Shown here one piece after another: positions 61,176 to 64,000 of a DNA stretch of 64,000 nucleotides. Both the position numbers and the translations under genes were made by a program. The stretch's first letter is position 1. Each line of letters begins with the position of its first letter. The notes beneath the pieces are model-generated. The model was not told the origin of the DNA. It saw nothing but the letters and a program-made list of their open reading frames with translations, and ran no database searches. Origin of the DNA: Erysipelotrichaceae bacterium (lineage in GTDB: Bacteria; Bacillota_I; Bacilli_A; Erysipelotrichales; Erysipelotrichaceae); assembly GCA_028723085.1 (NCBI GenBank), contig JAQYFP010000181.1:2053-66052 (forward strand). Reading direction: 5' to 3'.

Positions 61176-64000
61176 TGCCTTTTTCACAAGCACAATTAAA
61201 TGCCATCAACATACGAAATAAAAACGTTATCGTTTCTGCGAGTGCCGGTAGTGGAAAAACAAGTGTATTAGTAGAACGATTAAGTACATTGGTAATTAAA
61301 GACCGTATTCCAATTAATACGATTTTAGCTATGACTTTTACGAACGATGCAGCCAGTGAAATGAAAGCTCGTCTAAAAAAGGATCTTCAAAAAAAGAAAG
61401 AAGAAAATCCAAGTGATGATTATATTGCCAATCAATTAACACTATTAGAAACTTCTTCTATTTGTACGATTGATAGCTTTTGTCAAAGTTTAGTTAAAAA
61501 CTATTACTACAAAATTCCTATTTCATTGACAATGGCCACCAATGTTGGTTCCGAATCGGATTTAATGCATGCCTTTAGTATGGCCTATAATCAAGCCGTA
61601 CAACAATTAGATAGTAAAAGCTATACGCAATTAAAGTTATATTTTAAAGCTCTTGGAAAACAAGAAGAAGACATTAAAAAAGTAATTGAAACTTTAATCA
61701 ATGTTGGTAAATCTAAACCAAATATGAATGAGTGGTTTAATGAAATCTTAAGTCATTATGATTCTTTAGACATTCAAAGTGAAACTTGGTTTTTCCAATT
61801 CTTTAAAGAGAGAATCCAAGCTATGTTGGATATTCTTGATAAATCGATTTCAGAAGTTGAAGCAATGGAAGTTAAAAGCGAGACAACACGAAATAAGAAA
61901 TTAGATTCTTTTCATATAAAAAAAGAAGACTTATCGATTTGTTTAGAGGAACTCGTTAAGAAAGATTATGTATCTTTTAAAAAAGCTTTTATCCGTTATA
62001 TAGAACACAGTGATAAATTCCCTGGTACATATAATGGCTATACATTTGATAAAAATTATCTTTCGTTTCAAGAAGAAATTCAAAAGAATTTATTTGATTT
62101 AGATACATTTGAAATGGATATTAAAGATAATAAAACAATTACGAATTCATTGATTCAATTGTGTATTCATACTGATTCTTATTTTGCCCAAATCAAAAAA
62201 GAAAAAGAAATCATTGACTTCTCTGATATGGAACACTTTGCCTTACAATTACTTGAAGATAAAGTCATTCAAGAAGAATTAAGAAATAAATACAATGAAA
62301 TCTTAATTGATGAATTCCAAGATACCAATGAACTACAAGAAACCATTGTTTCGAAATTTTGTCGTGACAACAATGTTTTCCGTGTAGGTGATATTAAACA
62401 ATCGATTTATGGTTTTAGACAAGCGAATCCTTCTATTATGAAAAATCATATGAATTCAACTTCATTCTATGATTGTTCCTTAGTTCTAGAAGAAAATTAT
62501 CGTTCGAATAAAAGTATCATTGACTTTAATAATGATTTTTATCAAAAGATTATGAATACAGATTTATTGGGTTCTCAATTTGATGATATTGATATTGCCA
62601 AAGTGGGTACTGACCAACAAGTGGATTCTTTAGAACATCCAATTCGTTTTATTTATTGTAGTTCGGAACAAATCAAAAATGATTATCAAGTTAATGGTAC
62701 CCAAGCTAATAAAATCTGTGAAAATAATCGTTATCATTTTATTGCGCAATCAATTTTAGAAGACATTAAAAAAGGAAAACAATTCAAAGATATTTGTATT
62801 TTATTAAGAAGTCGTACACATTTAGAAGATATTAAAAACTGTTTGGAATCGTATAATATTCCTGTTTTTGGACAAGTGACAAATGGTTTCTATACCAACA
62901 ATGCGATTCAAATTGTTTGTGCCACTTTAAATGCTTTAATTAATCCATACGATGATATTCAATTAATGGCTTGTTTGTGTTCCCCATTGTTTAATGTTTC
63001 TTATCAAGAAATCAGTGAAGCTTGTGTACATAAAGAAAAGAATCAATCTTTATTTGAAACCATTCGTTCTTATCCTTTTATGAATGATTTCTTAGATTTT
63101 AAGAAAAATAAAGAACACACAGTTGCGTCTTTAATTCGTTCAATTTATGAATTTAATGATTTCTATGTAAGTCATACTACAAGTCAAGATAAAACAAATT
63201 TAGATTATTTATTAGAAAAAGCTTCTAATTATTTGTATCCATATGATGTTGAAGGCTTTATTGAAATGATTGAAAATGAATCAAAATTAGATCGCACTGG
63301 ACAAGCCAATGCCTTTGGAAAAGAAGAAAACGTTGTTCGTATTATGACGATGCATGCTTCCAAGGGATTACAATTTCCTATTTGTTACATATTAAGTGAT
63401 CATAAAATGAAATCACAAAAAGATGCAGTTATGATTGATGCGAACTTAGGATTGGCTTTATCGCATGTGGATTATAAAAACCAAACAAGGCGTCCTTCTT
63501 ATTATAATATTGCGTTTCAATCAAAAGCGATTCACGATAGTTTAATGGAAGAAATGCGTATTTTATATGTGGCAACGACAAGGGCAAAAGAAGAAATTGT
63601 GTTTGTTGATTATATTTCAAATGAAGAAGAATATAATTTTCCATTAAATACTAATGCACTATTAAATATGAAATCCTATACAAGCTGGTTATTTCATACG
63701 TATCGAAACGATGACCGCATTCAATTTATTAATCGCAATATTATTATTGAAGACAAAGAAAATGACATTTGTAATCAAGTTGTGAATCGTAAATATTATC
63801 AAAAAGAAGATGAAGTGCTTCGTTCTTTTTCCGCAAGTCAGGCAAAAGCTAAATTGGTTTGGCCTTCGTTTGATGTGAATGAAGGTGCTATGGATCGTGG
63901 TACTTTATTTCATGAAATGGCTGGAAATTGTTCATATCCATATCAATTAGAGGATGTTCTAGAGTATGGTAAAGCCCATAATTATGTTTTCTCACAAAAA
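61175..64000 (+). CDS. addA: AddA UvrD-type helicase/nuclease (3' end outside window)
   Basis: Not in the ORF track. From ATG 61175 these motifs are all in one frame: SASAGSGKT, MTFTNDAASEMK, DEFQDTN, GDIKQSIY, NYRS, MTMHASKGLQF, EEMRILYVATTRA. Confidence 0.93.
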   Translation, partial: MPFSQAQLNAINIRNKNVIVSASAGSGKTSVLVERLSTLVIKDRIPINTILAMTFTNDAASEMKARLKKDLQKKKEENPSDDYIANQLTLLETSSICTIDSFCQSLVKNYYYKIPISLTMATNVGSESDLMHAFSMAYNQAVQQLDSKSYTQLKLYFKALGKQEEDIKKVIETLINVGKSKPNMNEWFNEILSHYDSLDIQSETWFFQFFKERIQAMLDILDKSISEVEAMEVKSETTRNKKLDSFHIKKEDLSICLEELVKKDYVSFKKAFIRYIEHSDKFPGTYNGYTFDKNYLSFQEEIQKNLFDLDTFEMDIKDNKTITNSLIQLCIHTDSYFAQIKKEKEIIDFSDMEHFALQLLEDKVIQEELRNKYNEILIDEFQDTNELQETIVSKFCRDNNVFRVGDIKQSIYGFRQANPSIMKNHMNSTSFYDCSLVLEENYRSNKSIIDFNNDFYQKIMNTDLLGSQFDDIDIAKVGTDQQVDSLEHPIRFIYCSSEQIKNDYQVNGTQANKICENNRYHFIAQSILEDIKKGKQFKDICILLRSRTHLEDIKNCLESYNIPVFGQVTNGFYTNNAIQIVCATLNALINPYDDIQLMACLCSPLFNVSYQEISEACVHKEKNQSLFETIRSYPFMNDFLDFKKNKEHTVASLIRSIYEFNDFYVSHTTSQDKTNLDYLLEKASNYLYPYDVEGFIEMIENESKLDRTGQANAFGKEENVVRIMTMHASKGLQFPICYILSDHKMKSQKDAVMIDANLGLALSHVDYKNQTRRPSYYNIAFQSKAIHDSLMEEMRILYVATTRAKEEIVFVDYISNEEEYNFPLNTNALLNMKSYTSWLFHTYRNDDRIQFINRNIIIEDKENDICNQVVNRKYYQKEDEVLRSFSASQAKAKLVWPSFDVNEGAMDRGTLFHEMAGNCSYPYQLEDVLEYGKAHNYVFSQK

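Overview
AT-rich chromosomal window from a low-GC Firmicute. Gene content and order resemble Erysipelotrichaceae (inference). I found no mobile elements, CRISPR arrays, rRNA or tRNA genes. Left to right: perR-rubrerythrin with a Per box; nitroreductase; a FadR-type regulator operon with a double operator; a GalNAc/GlcNAc cluster (mannose-class PTS, agaS, nagA, nagB, agaZ-like) whose PTS IIBCD genes are flanked by two paralogous long AraC regulators; metY-metA; an EF-G/TetM-like GTPase fused to a YacP/Rae1-type NYN nuclease; thrE exporters; a coupled operon headed by a glycolipid glycosyltransferase-RecX fusion (then yhaM, rimO, a UDG-family glycosylase, dut); a candidate sRNA; a second mannose-class PTS; hrcA-grpE-dnaK-dnaJ with tandem CIRCE elements; glgB with a histone-H1-like tail; tilS-hpt-ftsH-hslO-dusB; an orphan PemK/MazF-like gene; tagO; a degenerate MreB-like gene; rnmV-rsmA-ispE; deoD/deoC; addB-addA (addA runs off the window). 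The most interesting signals are the two domain fusions, a recurrent leaderless promoter layout (TGnTAnnnT, then 6-7 nt, then ATG, with no SD) on at least six genes, the orphan MazF-like gene and the candidate sRNA. All family calls come from motif recognition by eye; no database search was run.
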